Source: Camelus ferus (taxonomy: Eukaryota). Taken from it: 64,000 nucleotides of DNA. Each line of letters opens with the position of its first letter. Position 1 is the first letter of the stretch. The notes below the pieces were generated by a model. That model worked only from the letters and a program-made list of their open reading frames with translations. It did not search any database and had not been told where the DNA came from. Positions 25,173-38,304 of the stretch are shown here, piece by piece. The stretch is from assembly GCF_009834535.1 (NCBI RefSeq), contig NC_045696.1:10356001-10420000 (forward strand), given 5' to 3'. The translations under genes and the position numbers were made by a program.

Positions 25173-26302
25173 TTGTACTGGTAATGAGGTTGCATTCCGG
25201 CACACAAGACTACCACACGCTCTCTGGGCACCAGATTTACTTGGAAGGTTACAGGGCAGCACCAGGGCTTTCTGGGGTCCTTGCGGCCGCCCACACGGCT
25301 GCTGGCCGCCCCTGGAGATGGCTCAGGTACAAGTATCTGAAGCCACTTTGGGCAGGTACAGGACCCTCCCTGGCTTGAAAGCCACACGAGCCAGTATCTC
25401 TCATAACAACTCCAGAATAGTTTTTGGAGTCCCCACAAGGGACACGCCCAGTTACAAGAATCCCTGCACTCAGCAACACCCCAAAGATGACTGCCAACCG
25501 GGTACTTAAGACTGTCCCAGTTGAAATGCAGTTTACCAGTCAGGGGTCCTCCTGACCATAAACATTTCTGCTTAATAACATGGTTTACGTGCTATCTTTA
25601 TCAGATTTCCAGAGAAGCAGAGGTGAAAGGTTAAGCATAGTTCAAATTTTCATGCAGAGGGGGAGAAGATTTTGTTAGTCCTTCTCTACTATATATATAT
25701 AGTTACATATTTTCTATATAAATGAACCTAAAGTGGTGTTTACAAACTTTAAAATACATTTATGTGTCTTCTAGCTTTTTGTAATACAATGCTTAAATAT
25801 AATAACTGAGAAGTATTACCACCATAAGTCTATTTGTTAAGGCTTTTCATACAATTCTCAGGACAGCAAGGACTATGACTCATGATGAGCAATAAATGAA
25901 AGATTACACCATGTATCAAGTAAGCATTTAAATTGTGTAATTAGCCAGAGAAACTCAGATCAAAGTACAGCTGTGTCCTCCAAGTTCTAAGAAGCCTGTT
26001 TCTGCACATCTTACACCCACAGATGATGTGAATGATCATGTGTTCACAAGAGTGGGGCTGGATTTCTCTCTTGCTTCCACACTCTCACTTGGGCTCTCAC
26101 AGGTTGGGCAGGGTTAGGCGTGTGGTCTGGTCACCTTTCTCTCTGTGTGAAAGGAACTGGTCCCCACAGGGTTTGGACTCATGCCCTCTGATCTCATTTG
26201 TTCTGGTGGAGGAACTAAGTCCAAACAAAGACAGGGCTGAGCTACAGTGATGTTAGCAGATTTGCTGCAAGTAACAAAAAGCTCTCATTAAACCTGCTCA
26301 CA

Positions 26303-26870
26303 AGCACTATTTACAATAGCAAGACATGGAAGCAACCTAAATGTCCAATGACAGATTGACTGGATAAAGAAGTTGTGGTATATGTATACAATGAAATACT
26401 ACTCAGCCATAAAAAAGAATATAATAATGCCATTTGCAGCAACATGGATGGATCTGGAGATTGTCATACTGTAAAGTAAGCTAGAAAGAGAAAGAAAAAT
26501 ACCATATGATATCATTTATATGTGGAATCTAAAAAAGAAAGCACAAATGAGCTTATTTACAAAACAGAGACAGACTCACAGACATAGAAAACAAACTTAT
26601 GGTTACCGGAGGGGACGGGGTGGGAAAGGATAAATTGGGAGTTCAAGATTTGCAGATACTAACTACTATATATAAAATAGATAAACAACAAGTTTATACT
26701 GTATAGCACAGGGAACTATATTCAATATCTTGTAGCAACCTATAATGAAAAATAATATGAAAATGAATATATGTACGTACATGTATGACTGAGACTATGC
26801 TGTACACCAGAAATTGACACAACATTGTAAACTGACTACTTAAAAAAAAATGGTCAAAAAACCCCCCAAT
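26303..26870 (+). mobile_element. Lineage-specific L1 3' portion
   Basis: agcactatttacaatagcaagacatggaagcaacctaaatgtcca...A-rich tail. TSD aacctgctcaca at 26291-26302 and 26871-26882. Confidence 0.9.
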
Positions 26871-27942
26871 AACCTGCTCACAGACACTGGCACACACATC
26901 CCGCGCTTCCATTCCAACAGCTCTCTGACCAGAGCTCGGGAAAGCACACTGACCTCAGGGCCCGGCCTCCCCTGAACGTGTTCTCTAGACTTGTCTGGGC
27001 CTTACCCATGGGAGAGGGCATGGGAGCCTGGACCACTAATCACTTAACTGCTGAAAGGTCAGCCCTGAAAGACTCGCATTTCTGAAGAGTGGCCCGGATC
27101 TGGAATCTGATTGCAACCTAATGAGTCTGTGTCTCAAGGGCAGACATCATCTGCCTTCTCTCCAGTCCTGAAGGAAGGCTTGAAGGAGCCACAGGTGACC
27201 CACTGAGAGCAACCTCCATACACCGAATGATCCCTATAAACCTGGACATGGATTTTGCATGCACGTCCACACAGATCTGTGTAACAGCTACACAAGGTCA
27301 TCACCATGTCCCAGGAGAGGAGGGGAGAACTGAAGCCCAGAAGGGATGTCACTTGCCCAGAGTCAATGCCCGTAAGTGGCAGAGTTGGGATGTGATCCCA
27401 GGTTTGTGTGATGCCAATGCCGGCCCCCTCCAGCCACCATCTCATTCTCCCCTCTCCAGCCCTTAGTAAAGCATCTTCACAGGACCTACACATCGCAGCT
27501 CCACCACGAGTGATGAAGGCAGTGATGGGCTCTGAGGACACCACTGCCTCGAGCTTCACCAGTGAGGGAGCCGAGCATGACATCCCCTCCCCAGTAACTA
27601 ACCGAGAACACTGCTGCCCAACCAGCCCGGGAGGGCAGAGCGCAGCAGCTGGCTGACGCTAGACCCGAGACTTTCACCACAGGTCTTGCTTCTGTTACCA
27701 CCATTACTTTATTTTCCCTACTAATTCCCAGACATGTGATGGTTCTCTACTCAAGACAAATGACCTGTCCCCAGTAGGTGACCAGCCGGCAGGGACTGGA
27801 CCGTCTCCTCTTCCCATCCCCAAATCACCAGCACAAACCATCAATTTTTTTTTTCTCAGCTTCTTATTACAGAAGCTTTCAAACACATAGAAAGTACAGA
27901 GAAGATGGTAATCAAAGGTCATGGATTCATCACCCAACTTTA

Positions 27943-28110
27943 TTTCTTATTGAATGAAAAATTCTTTCAATTCTATAGTGCTTTGCAATTTTTTAAAGTT
28001 TCACACATATGATTTTGTATAATCCCACAAAAGCGCTTTTATTCCCCCTATGCCTGAATCGCTCCTCCCCCTCCCCACTGGTAACCACTAGTTTGTTCTC
28101 TATATCTGAC
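27943..28110 (-). mobile_element. Short L1 3' end inserted in an older L1MC/MD-like element (~27845-28600)
   Basis: cccctccccactggtaaccactagtttgttctctatatctg, flanked by tcatca(c/t)ccaa(c/t)ttta. Confidence 0.7.
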
Positions 28111-28126
28111 TCATCATCCAATTTTA

Positions 28127-28258
28127 TTATACTTTTTATTATTTTTTGGTAGATAATTAGGTTTATTTATCTTATTTATTTTTAATGGAGGTACTGGGGA
28201 TTGAACCCAGGACCTCATGCATGCTAAGCATGTGCTCTAGCACTGAGCTATACCCACC
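28127..28258 (-). mobile_element. Vic-1-type SINE
   Basis: aatggaggtactggggattgaacccaggacctcatgcatgctaagcatgtgctctagcactgagctatacc, flanked by catca(t/c)ccaa(t/c)ttta. Confidence 0.88.
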
Positions 28259-28883
28259 CATCACCCAACTTTAAATCAACCATCAAGTCACAGCCAGTTT
28301 TGTTTCTCCTGTGCCCATCCACCTTGTCCTTGCCCCTCCCCACCTCTGGATTATTCTGAACAAATCTCAGACATGACGTCATTGCAAATATGTGTAAATG
28401 TGTAAATACTTCAGTACGTATCTTGAAAAGATCTGATCTCTCCTTTAAAAAAAAGTAAACAAAATACCACTATAACACCTAAAATAAACAAACAACAATT
28501 GCTTAATATATCACAAAATATCTAGACTGTGATCACCTTTCCTCAATTGTCTTACACCTTTGTCTAGCTTGAAACAGATTCCCAAGACGTTCCATACTTT
28601 GTGTTTGCATAGACACTGAGGAAACATGAGGCTCAGCTGGCCATGCGGAAAATGAACCACTGAGAAAACACATGTATAAACTAGTATCAGGTGAGTCTTA
28701 TGCCCCCCTTCCAATATCTGGGAGCACACGTGTGTTCATTCAATCATTCAACAAGTGTTTACTGAATATCTGCCATGCGTCAGGCACTGTTTAAGGCTGA
28801 ATTAAAGTCTGTCTTGAACATAAAAGAATTAGTGCCAGGGAAGGGTGATCAGTGAAGCCAGTAGCCTAGTAACCCCCCTAGCA

Positions 28884-29611
28884 CAGAGGTTAGCAAATTT
28901 TTTTCATTAAAATGCCAAAGTAAATGTAGGCTCTACAGGCCAGAAAGACCTTTTTGCAACTACTCAACTCACCTGCTGTAGCACGGAAGCGGCCACAGAC
29001 AAGAAATACATGAAGAGATGGGGAAACTGCGTTCCGATAAAATTTTTTTTTCAATTGAGGTAGAGTTGATTTACAAAGTTAGTTTCAGATGTACAGCAAA
29101 GTCATTCAGGTATCTATATATGTATATACACATATTCTTTTTCAGATTCTTTTCCATTATAGATTATTATGAGTTATTGAATATAGTTCCCTGTGCCATA
29201 CCATTAAGTCCTTGTTGTTTATCTATTTCCTATATAGTAATGTGTATCTGTTAATCCCAAGCTCCTAATTTATCCCTCCTCCATTTCCCTTTTGGTAACC
29301 ATAAGTTTGTTTCCTATGTCTGTGAGTCTGCTTCTGTTTTGTAAATAAGTTCATTTGTATCATTTTTTTTAAGATTCTACATATAAGTGATAGATATATT
29401 TGTCTTTCTCTGTCTGACTTCACTTAGTATGGCAATCTCCAGGCCCATCCATGTTGCTGCAAATGGCAATTATTTTATTCTTTTTTATGGCCAAATAATA
29501 TTCCACTGTATATATTGACATCTTTTTTTCTGATAAACTTTATCTACTTTATCTACAAAAACAGGTTGATGGGCTGGATTTGGCCACAGGCTGTGGTTTG
29601 GCAACCCTCTG
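28884..29611 (+). mobile_element. MER58A-like hAT MITE split by an L1 insertion
   Basis: cagaggttagcaaattttt...gcaactactcaactc...gttccgataa [L1] aactttatctacaaaaacagg...gggctggatttggcc...tttggcaaccctctg. Confidence 0.75.
29046..29527 (-). mobile_element. Lineage-specific L1 3' portion
   Basis: ttgaggtagagttgatttaca...ggtaaccataagtttgtt...catccatgttgctgcaaatggca. TSD ttc(c/t)gataaa(a/c)ttt at 29032-29045 and 29528-29541. Confidence 0.88.
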
Positions 29612-29803
29612 GTCTAGTAAGTCACCCTCCTCAAGCACCAGCCATCGCAGTTAGTACCTGAGTTTGACCATCATACCCACCTGTTTGCTGGTTATTCAGG
29701 GTGACAGGCAGGAGTCAGGTGCACAGAGTCAGACTGCTGAGTGCAGGGGAAAGTGAAAAAACCCTGGAAACGATAAAGGAAGTTGATGCCCAAGTTCTCT
29801 TAC

Positions 29804-30012
29804 CATTCCGATAGTGTTGGAACCAAGGCGCCATCACCCAATCAGAAACGAGGCCTGCCAGCTTAGCTTGAACACGTAAAGAGATGTTGAAACTCGGGGG
29901 GAAACCCTCTGAGAGGTTGTTTGTCGAAAAGACACACTTTGGCACAATGATGTTTGTACAGTCCACCTTACTGTTTTCTTTGTTGACGTCGTACCAGTTA
30001 CTACTGGGATTG
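29804..30012 (-). CDS. IFNGR2: IFNGR2 exon 3, 209 nt
   Basis: ttcctttgcag|C...AATG|gtaaga; (Y)NPSSNWYDVNKENSKVDCTNIIVPKCVFSTNNLSEGFPPSFNISLRVQAKLAGLVSDWVMAPWFQHYRN. Confidence 0.95.
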
Positions 30013-30090
30013 CTGCAAAGGAAAGAAAGAATTTCATTTCACAGAATTCTCACTTCGATCGTAAAGAAGTTTCCCCAGAGCTGAGTTTTT

Positions 30091-30961
30091 TTTTTTCTTT
30101 TTTATTGAAGTATAGTCAGTTTATAAGGTTGTGTCAATTTCTGGTGTACAGTGTAATGTTTCAGTCATACATGAACATACATTCCTTTTCATATTCTTTT
30201 TCATCATAGGTTACTACAAGATATTGATACAGTTCCCTGGGCTCTGCAGTATAAACTTGTTTATCTATTTTATATATAGTCGTTCGTACCTGCAAATCTC
30301 AAACTCCCAATTTATCCCTTCCCCTCCACCAGTAACGATAAGTTTGTTTTCTGTATCTGTGAGTCTGTTTCTGTTTTGTAAGTAAGTTCATTTGTCTTTT
30401 TTTTTAGATTCTACATATAAGTGATAGCAACATGGTATTCTTCTCTTTCTGGCTTACTTCACTTAGTATGACAATCTCCAGGTCTATCTATGTTGCTGCA
30501 AATGGCATTATTTCATTCTTTTCTATGGCTGAGTAGTATTCCATTGTATAAATAAACTACAACTTCTTTATCCAGTCATCAGTCAATGGACATTTAGGTT
30601 GTTTCCATGTCTTGGCTACTGTAAATAGTGCTGCTGTGAACACTGGGGTGCAGGTGTCTTTTCAAATTAGAGTTTCCTCTGGATATATGCCCAGGAGTGG
30701 GACTGCTGGATCATATGGTAAGTCAATTTTTAGTTTTTAAAGGAGTCTCCATACTGTTTTCCATAATGGCTGCACCAAACTGCCTTCCCACCAACAGCGT
30801 ATGAGGGTTCATTTTTCTCCACACCCGCTGCAGCATTTACCATCTGTGGACTTTTGAATGACGGCCATTCTGACTGGTGTGAGGCGGTACCTCACTGTTG
30901 TTTTGATTTGCATTTCTCTGCTAATTAGCATATCAAGCATTTTTTATGTGCCTATTGTATG
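30091..30961 (-). mobile_element. Lineage-specific L1 3' portion, sense to IFNGR2
   Basis: T-tail plus tttattgaagtatagtcag...ggtgtgaggcggtacctcactg. TSD cc(c/a)agagctgag(t/c)tttt at 30074-30090 and 30962-30978. Confidence 0.9.
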
Positions 30962-30990
30962 CCAAGAGCTGAGCTTTTGAAATGATTTTT

Positions 30991-31133
30991 TTCCCTTTTT
31001 TTTTGGAGAGGGTGGTAATTAGGTATTCTTTTCTTTTTTTAAAAAAATTTATCTTTAATGGAGGTACTGGGGATTGAACTCGGGACCTTGTGTATGCTAG
31101 GCGTGCCCTCTACCACTGAGCTAATCCCTCCCC
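30991..31133 (-). mobile_element. Vic-1-type SINE
   Basis: aatggaggtactggggattgaactcgggaccttgtgtatgctaggcgtgccctctaccactgagctaatccctccc. Confidence 0.85.
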
Positions 31134-31149
31134 TGATAAAAGGATTTTT

Positions 31150-32195
31150 AAAAATTGAGATATAATTCACATACCACAAAATTCACCCATTTAAAGTGTA
31201 CAATTTCAGTATATTCAGTGCTGTGCAATCATCACCACAATCCATTTTAGAACACTTTTATCACTCCCAAAAGAACCCCCATACCTATTAGCAGTCACTC
31301 TCCATTTCCCCCCAACCCCCCAAAGCCCTACTCTTCCATTAATCTACTTTCCGTTTCTATGGATTTGCCTGTTATGGACATTTCATACAAATGGTATTGT
31401 AAACGACGTGGCCTTCTGTGATCAGCACCTTTCACTTAGCCTGTCTCAGTATGTTTTCAAGCATGATAGATTGTAGCACGTGTCAGCACTGCATCCCTTT
31501 TTATGGCCAAATAATGTCCCGTGTGCGTACACACCACATTTTGTTTATTCATTCATCTGTTGATGAACATGTGGGCTGTCTCCACTTTTTGGCTATGGTG
31601 AATAATGCTAAGAATATCCACATGAAAGTTTTTGTGTGAACATGTGTTTTCAGTTTTCTAGGGTCTATATATCTAGGAGTGGAATTGCTGGGTCAAATGG
31701 TAACTCTGTTTTTCACTATTTTCCAAAGCAGCTGCACCATTTTACATTCCCATCCACAATGTATGAGGGTTCCAGTTTCTCCGTATCCTCCCCAACACTT
31801 GTTATTATGCCTTTTTATTAGACCCATCCTAGTGCCTATATTTTTCCTGATAACTAATGATGTTGAGTGTGTTTCATATACTTATTAGCTATCTGAGTAC
31901 TTTCTTTGGAGAAATGTCTACCCAAATCCTTTGTCTATATTTTTACTGGGTCATGTGTCTTTTAATTGTTGAGTTGTAAGAGTTCTTTATATATTCTGTA
32001 TAAATTTTTTTTTCTTTGCAGGGGAGGTAATTCGGTTTAGTTTTAGAGGAGGTACTGGGGACTGAACCCAGGACCTCGTGCATGCTAAGCATGCACTCTA
32101 CCACTTGAGCTATACCCTCCCCACCTTTATATATTCTGGATACAAGTCCCTCACCAGATCTATAGCTGGCAAATATTTCCTCCCATTCTGTCCTA
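31150..32195 (-). mobile_element. L1MB-like fragment interrupted by a Vic-1 SINE (~32004-32123)
   Basis: aattgagatataattcacataccacaaaattcacccatttaaagtgtaca... The SINE is flanked by TSD ctttatatattctg at 31985-31998 and 32125-32138. Confidence 0.82.
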
Positions 32196-35100
32196 CAACT
32201 GATTTGCATGCTCCAAACTTGGCCTCTGTAGCCTACGTCTTAGATTGTGTTCATACAAATCACACTCTTGCTTCCAGCTAGTGCAGGGTTTGTTTTTACC
32301 CCAAAGCCGCTCATTTAAAGAAAGGGTTGCCCACATGAAGACCCTGCCAAATATAAGGCCATGCATCCTTGTAAGTGAGAATGTACTCCCCAGAGTCCCA
32401 GCTTCTCATTCTCACATGGGATTCTAACCCCCAACTTGGAGCTCTGTCCTTAGGTGACAGACTTGAGAAAAGGCAGGGAGGTGGCTCTAGACACCTCAGT
32501 GGGGAGCAGCAGGCAGCGTCCCCTCTAGGGACAGGCCATGTTCTGGACAGCAACTCTGGCCTAGAAAGCAGGCCAGGGGAGACAGAAGTTAGATGAGGCT
32601 AGGGGTCACGGCCACTGGCTTTCACACACCACATGGACTTAAGTGTACTTCTGACCTTGACTGGAGGCTTACCTTCTATTAAAGCAGTGACTGACAAGAT
32701 GAAAGCCATCAAGACTTGTGGCCAGGGCTTCCACAGAAGGTGCCTGTCCTACCAGCACACCACCAAGCCCTGGGCTCACAGACCTTAATGGGGAGAGGGA
32801 CCCCAACCGCAGGCACCCCTTCTCAGACTGGGGGGTGTGCCTCAGAAGGGGGAAGGTGATTTTTTTTTAAGTTATACAGATACTTAAAGGCACTCTAACC
32901 TCCTCCCAGCCGATTCCAGCTGTTGAACCGGGGCAAAGGGCCCCCTCCCTGATTCGCCAGGGAACTCACCACCTGTGTTCTGCCTCCTCCCCTCTCCTCC
33001 AAACCTGCCCCTTTCTCAGAACCACTTCTTAAAACTGTTTCTCAAAAACAGGGTTTAAAAGGGCACAAGCCATCCAAATGTAAATGACAGCTGGCACATG
33101 CAGGTCAGCAGTTTGTGGGGAAGTGGCATTCTGGAATGCTGCCTCCAATCAATTTGCAAAGGGCGAAAATAAGGTGCTGTGGGTCCCTTAGGTGAATAAT
33201 GACACGAACACAGCCTCACATGCCCATCCGCAGACCCCAGCCTCTTGCCCTGCGTAAGTCAAATCAGCCCACCTGAGCTTCACTCAGCAGGTGGTCCTGG
33301 CTCCCAGCAATGGACTCATAGGGACTGCCTCTGTCCCTGAATTTATCTAATTTTGAAAGCAACCTCATCACAAGAGGGAGCATAGTGATTAAACACAAGG
33401 ACTCTGGAGCCAGACCACCAGGGTTCTCTGTTCCTCAGTCTCCTTATCTATAAAATGGGGATAAACGATGGCATCTGAGTCTGTTTGTCATGAAGGCTGA
33501 ACCAGGGGACACCAGGAAAGTGCCTAGGCCAGGGCCTGGGGCCTAGAAAGCACCCAGTAAATATTTGCTAAACTCCGGGGCTGCTGCCCTGCCTCTGTTA
33601 CATCACTTCCAAAAATGATTAAGTAAGTTTGTCCCTGCTGAACCCAGCAAGCCATCTTCCAGAAATGTAAGAAAACAATCGGGGCTGATTTATGTTCAAG
33701 GACATTACTTCCAACAGTCACAAACTGTCAACTATCTACACCACCCGGGAGTGGGGAAAAGTTACAAAAATCACGTCTGATACATCACATAACAAAACAT
33801 GGGATAAAAATGTTCACACAGAAAGAATCACATGAAAAAATGTCACACACTTAACTACATCAAGTTAAAGGGAAAAAAAAATAAAAGAGGAAGCAGGCCC
33901 AGAAGAGTCATCTGGGTTTTGTTTTAGTCTCGTACACACACTGGCACATTTGCAAACAAGTACATGCGTTTAGAAAAAAAGTCTACAGAGAAACACACTA
34001 AAATGAGAATAGTGATTTTTCTTGGACACCAGGTTGTTTACATTTTATTCTTTTTACTTTTTTGGGTTTTCCAGATTTTCTGTAAAGAACATGTATTGCT
34101 ATTAAAATTAGAAAAAAATGAAATTAAAAAAAAAATACCCTGAGAAGACTGGGCTGGGCAGGTCTTTGCCTGGCAGCAGCCCAAGTAGGGTGTGACCAAG
34201 AAAAAGTCCCGCTGTCTGCTTGTCTTTGTTTTCAAGAAAAACCCGAAACTGGGTCCTTTTCTCCTTAAGTGAAATCTCCAGATTTTAAAATGTTGGAGTG
34301 AATTTGGGGAAAAAAATTTAAAGACTGTGGGCCAAACACAGCCTGTAGGCCACAGTAACTGCAACCTCTGATTTAAACTTTAAATTTTCCCACAAAGTGC
34401 TCTGCATACTTTTGGCTTTGCTGTTGTGGCTATCAAAAAACAGAGGCACCTTCATTTATGATTATAGCAACGCTTTACTGGACAGAAACAGGAGGGAAAG
34501 TTTTAAGTCTCATGAGCCTCAAAATTAAATTCTTTACTGCAACTAAGATGTCCTAAACATGTAAAATGTATCTAAAAACAAATAAACAAAAAGCAAAGGC
34601 CCTTTTTGATCAAATCTGCAATTGGAAAAAACAAAATCAGCCCTGGTTTGAGTTTTCAGGGACACCTTCAGCTTTTGCAGACAGAGACACTCACATTCAA
34701 CCCATCTCTTTGTTTCTTTTTACTAAAACCAACTTCTATCCTGAAAAATTGTCCACAGAATGCTTTCCAAGTAGAAAACAAAGTGAAGTTGGTCTGTGAT
34801 GTGCAACTGTCAAAGGCTTTTAGCAAATATTTCTAATATTTAGAGGTACTCAGTCAACCCACAAATGTATTTCCCTGGCCAAGGCTAAGGGATGCTCGTC
34901 AATAAATCAGCCATGACTTCCTCATACTGAAATCTTGTTTAGTTCCAGGAGACCATATTCACTAAATGCCGAGTAGGACAAGCTTCACGGGCATGTGACC
35001 TGTGCAGTGCACAAAGCAGTACTCCTAGGAGAGAGCAGCTGATCTGAAGCTCTGCTGTTGCCATCCTGAAATCCCCAACACTTTTTGAACAAGGGGCCCT

Positions 35101-36353
35101 GCATTTTCGTTTTGCACTGGCCCCCACAAATTATGTAGCTGGTTCTCGTGGACTGGTCCATTGATTATAGATGATCATGTTGGTAATTTACAATCACTGA
35201 AGAAATAGCTAAATGTGATTCAGAGATGGGCCTCAAATCCCAATTTAGAATCTATGCTTACTACACAAATATTGTTACAATGGACACTGAAAGGTGAAAG
35301 AGAAGTCGTCTGGAAATGTACTCCTCTAGCAAATTACCTGCCTGTGATTTTTCCAAATTCTCTACCTGTTCTTGACCACAGATACATTCCAAACTGTAGA
35401 CAGTTGCAACTGCTGTCAGATGACACATAATTATCCTTTTTAGAGGTTGCCTAAGGGTTCAACCACAAGTTAACTTGACACAATTTGCTACCTTCCCACT
35501 GATGGACATGAACAGACATTGCGAGGTATAGCCCCATGAATTAAGTTTCATATTTCCTGATGGTGGGTTGTATTATCTGCTTAGGGTAAAACTAATGTGG
35601 ACATTCCCATGACTCTAAATAAATAGTTGAATTATTTTCCTAGAGGGCTGTGCTAATAATAGACCCTGATCCAGCCCTGTGTCCACCAGCCACGTTCTCA
35701 CAAGTACCGAGCATTCCCATGTCTCTTAATTTTGTTTCTTCAGTAATCTGAAAATGACTTAGCCAATTATTTTTACTTAGTCTACAATTAACACCTTTAA
35801 CAAGGTACACAAGGAGTTGGACGTTACCTTTCTTCTTTCTACATGTGACTAGACTGCAAATTGACTGATGGCCAACTGTAAAAAAGCTTGAAAAGGGGAG
35901 AGACAGAACAAGGGACCAGAATAAAATGCAAAATGGAACACCAGTTTAGAAACTGAGAATTAGTTGTTCATTAAATGAATAAAAGCCCTATTAGGCCAGA
36001 CGTGGCCTAGAAGGCTAAAAGATGCCTCCTGCCCTTTCAAGACAGGAAGCCCTTTTATACAACCTTTTTCCTGAAACCAATAAGAAAATCGACTTGCACC
36101 AAACTAAGAAGCCCTGTGTTTAGACAGCTGGGCTCTCTGATGGCCAGCATCCTTGCAGCCTTCAGACGAGTGGGAGGTTGTGAAATCTCTGTCCTTGGAG
36201 ATTTTAAAAATACAAGAGAAGTATCTGCTTCCCATGGATTTGCTTACAATCCCGCCAAGAGCAAGACAAAGCAGTTGGCCTCAGATCCCATAACAACCCA
36301 CCCTCCACCCCACCTCCACACCCAGGAAGGAGGCGGACAGAAAGGTCGCTTAC

Positions 36354-36486
36354 TACTGATGCTGCACCTGGTAGACCACCGGTCTCAAGTCATTGCTCAG
36401 GGTCACCGGCTCCCAGCTCAGAGCCTGCTGCGTGTTGTACAGGTAGACCTTCAGGTTTCGAGGAGCAGGCAGCTGGGAAAGGGAGT
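36354..36486 (-). CDS. IFNGR2: IFNGR2 exon 2, 133 nt
   Basis: ccccttcccag|AC...CAGTA|gtaagc; (D)SLSQLPAPRNLKVYLYNTQQALSWEPVTLSNDLRPVVYQVQHQ(Y). Confidence 0.96.
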
Positions 36487-36937
36487 CTGGGAAGGGGCAG
36501 AGAATGAGAGCAGAGGGAAGAGGCGGGAGAGAAAGGGAGGGTCAAGAGGAGAGAAATCAATTACAAAAATATTCAAATGCACTCTACCAAACTGTTCATT
36601 CGCCTCGGTTTTTGGAATTACCCTTTCTCCCTGGCACGTCTCCCCACCCCTTTAGCCTCTGACTGAAGACAGCACCACTGACACAGACTGTGGGAAAAAG
36701 AGGGGCTTGAGGCTGCCTTTCCAGCTGCGGGCTCCAGTTCTTATGAAAGGGTCCTGGGCATGGAGTCTGGCGGAACCAAAACACCTGGCCTACCTTTAGT
36801 AAGTGCAGGTAATTTAATAGACCGGATCTCAGTTCCCTCTTTAGGAATCTGCAGAAGGTTGAGGGAGGATTAAATTGGTGGACAACGGACATGCATTAGC
36901 CCCAGGCTTAGTACCAAGGGAGTTCATGGGTAATCCT

Positions 36938-36961
36938 ACACACACACACACACACACACAC
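36938..36961. repeat. (AC)12 microsatellite
   Basis: acacacacacacacacacacacac. Confidence 0.95.
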
Positions 36962-37865
36962 TGAGCCAGGCGTGCCAAGCCCAGAAGCATCTGGGAGGGT
37001 CAGGACTTATCTTCTAGGCTTCATCAGAGTTGCCACGCTTCTCAAGGACCCCAGCATCACCATCACTGATGTGCTAGTTAAAATGCAGAGTCCCAGGCCC
37101 CACCTCCCACCAGGAAATCTGCAAGTTCAAGCCGCTTCTCAGGTGATTCTTAGGCACTTTGAAGTCTGAGAACTACAAACGACAAAATAACACGCTCCCC
37201 AGGGAACCATCACCAAAATCAGCATCTCCCTCCCCGGGGTGACCTGGAAGACACAATCTCAACCGCCCCAAGCAGGTGCTGGTTTACAGGGTTGGGCTAG
37301 AGGCTGCAAGCACAGAAGCCTTTCCTCTTGTAAGAAAACAGAGGGTAATGATAAGACTTTCTCTGAGATTAAAAGATTAATGAGAAACACCCAGAGGTGG
37401 AAAGGAAAGTTTGAAAACATGCTGTTCCAGAATTCAAAGCAGGAAATCCAAACCACACATTTTCAGTAAATGCATCCAGTCTTAAAGAAGGGTGCCTGCA
37501 CTGGCTGATGGCCCGGCCTGCCGCCCCTCTTCTGAAGGAGGCATTAGCTATGCTTGTTCCTTTACACAACACCCATGGTCTTCACAGCTCCCACCTTGGG
37601 CTGACCTTCATTCCAGATCTTAATTCAACCAGCTAACTTGACACTCCTGCTCATTCACACCAGGCCTTGTGGAAGCCGGGTCAAAGGCAGACAGACAGGG
37701 TGGCAGGAGGCTGGTCTCCGGGGCAGGCCCATTCCACACACCGTGGCTGTCATGGCCCAGCAGATCCCAAAACTGAGCCAAGAGATAAACATCTGCTTCC
37801 AGAAGGGGCTGTGCAGGGCCCCAGGGGTAAGCACCCATCAAAGCGTCTCAGAGCCCTCCTTCTAC

Positions 37866-38304
37866 TGTCTAATGGTTTCCTACTGATGCGGAAATAAATT
37901 ACCACCAATGGAGTGTCTTAACCCAGATTTATGCTCTTACAGTTCTAGAGGTCAGAAGTTTGAAACAGGTCTCACTGGGCCAATGTCAAGGTCTCAGCAG
38001 GGTTCTGTTCCTCCTGGAAGCCCTAAGGGAGAAATGGGTCCTTGTCTTTTTCCTTCCTTAGAAGCCGCTCACATTCTTTGCCTCGCGGTCTCCTCCTCCA
38101 GCAATGCTGGGCAGAGTCCTCATGCTTCTGCCTCCCTCTTCCATCTTCCAAGGACATTTGTCATTATACGGGGCCCACGGAGCCCAACAACCCCCAGGAT
38201 CATCTCCCCACGACAAGATCCCTTTTGCCACGTAAGGTAACACTGTTACAAGTTCTGGGGATTAGGACGTGGACATCTTTGGGGACCATTATTCTGCCTG
38301 CCAT
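37866..38304 (-). mobile_element. MLT1 (MaLR) LTR
   Basis: aaattaccac...tcttacagttctagaggtcagaagt...gtaaggtaaca...ggggattaggacgtggacatctttggggaccattattctgcct. Confidence 0.8.

Noticed and set aside
27943..28050. 3' transduction in the short L1 insert
   Set aside because: The sequence resembles a recalled cetartiodactyl L1 3' UTR variant (gtgtgaaacttt...aaagcactatagaat...ttcattcaataa), so there is no need to invoke transduction.
36116..36655. 179-aa + strand ORF
   Set aside because: GTG start, antisense to IFNGR2 exon 2, no recognisable domain.
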